DNA of 8,367 nucleotides from a virus (Monodnaviria; Loebvirae; Hofneiviricota; Faserviricetes; Tubulavirales; Inoviridae): IMG/VR virus record IMGVR_UViG_2675903352_000001; one strand, 5' to 3'. Shown piece by piece: positions 8,194 to 8,367 of this stretch (position 1 is its first letter; each line of letters starts with the position of its first letter). The notes under the pieces were generated by a model. It saw only the letters and a program-made list of their open reading frames with translations, ran no database searches and was not told where the DNA came from. The position numbers and the translations under genes were made by a program.

Positions 8194-8367
8194 ATGAACA
8201 ACTGGAGTGAGATCATATTAGACCTGCTGATGAAGCACATAATAGGTGGCGCTGCGATTGGCGTGGCTATCCTGTTGTTTGCCGGAGTGATTTTTCCTGT
8301 TGCGCTGAAGATAAGGAAGCTCACTGGCAGGAAAAAACAGCGAATAAAACAGAAACTCACCAGTTAA
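8194..8367 (+). CDS. Small single-pass membrane protein (57 aa), function unknown
   Basis: MNNWSEIILDLLMKHIIGGAAIGVAILLFAGVIFPVALKIRKLTGRKKQRIKQKLTS: one hydrophobic helix and a basic C-terminus. GAGGGGAAG SD precedes ATG 8194. Stop TAA at the window end (8365-8367). The 132-aa track ORF from 7969 is an N-terminal over-extension running through the terminator. Confidence 0.45.
   Translation: MNNWSEIILDLLMKHIIGGAAIGVAILLFAGVIFPVALKIRKLTGRKKQRIKQKLTS

Noticed and set aside
7986-8360. 124-aa minus-strand ORF
   Set aside because: Antisense to the small membrane protein gene, Arg/Gly-rich low complexity, no RBS.
7969-8367. 132-aa plus-strand ORF
   Set aside because: The N-terminal 75 residues run through the terminator hairpin and a Pro/Arg-rich low-complexity stretch from a non-ATG start; only the 57-aa C-terminal part from ATG 8194 is credible.

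Overview
The window is almost entirely an integrated Ff-like filamentous (inovirus-type) prophage on the minus strand, abutting a near-perfect chromosomal dif site (415-442) and a complete Phd/YefM-family antitoxin gene (1-222, minus) at the left edge. Gene order on the minus strand, right to left, follows the Ff layout: small acidic ORF, rolling-circle Rep (pII-like), pV-like, pVII-like, pIX-like, major coat pVIII, terminator, pIII adsorption protein, pVI, pI/Zot-like assembly ATPase, pIV secretin, then a structured intergenic region and terminator. A divergent RHH-like regulator and a small membrane protein lie on the plus strand at the right end. The main result is that both export-machinery genes are broken while replication and capsid genes look intact: pI is cut short by a 13-bp tandem duplication (2440-2465), and the pIV secretin carries a frameshift near 1353-1382. 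All protein family calls rest on my reading of the translations and on M13 sequences recalled from memory, not on database searches. The right prophage boundary is not resolved inside the window. No tRNA, rRNA or CRISPR array was seen.
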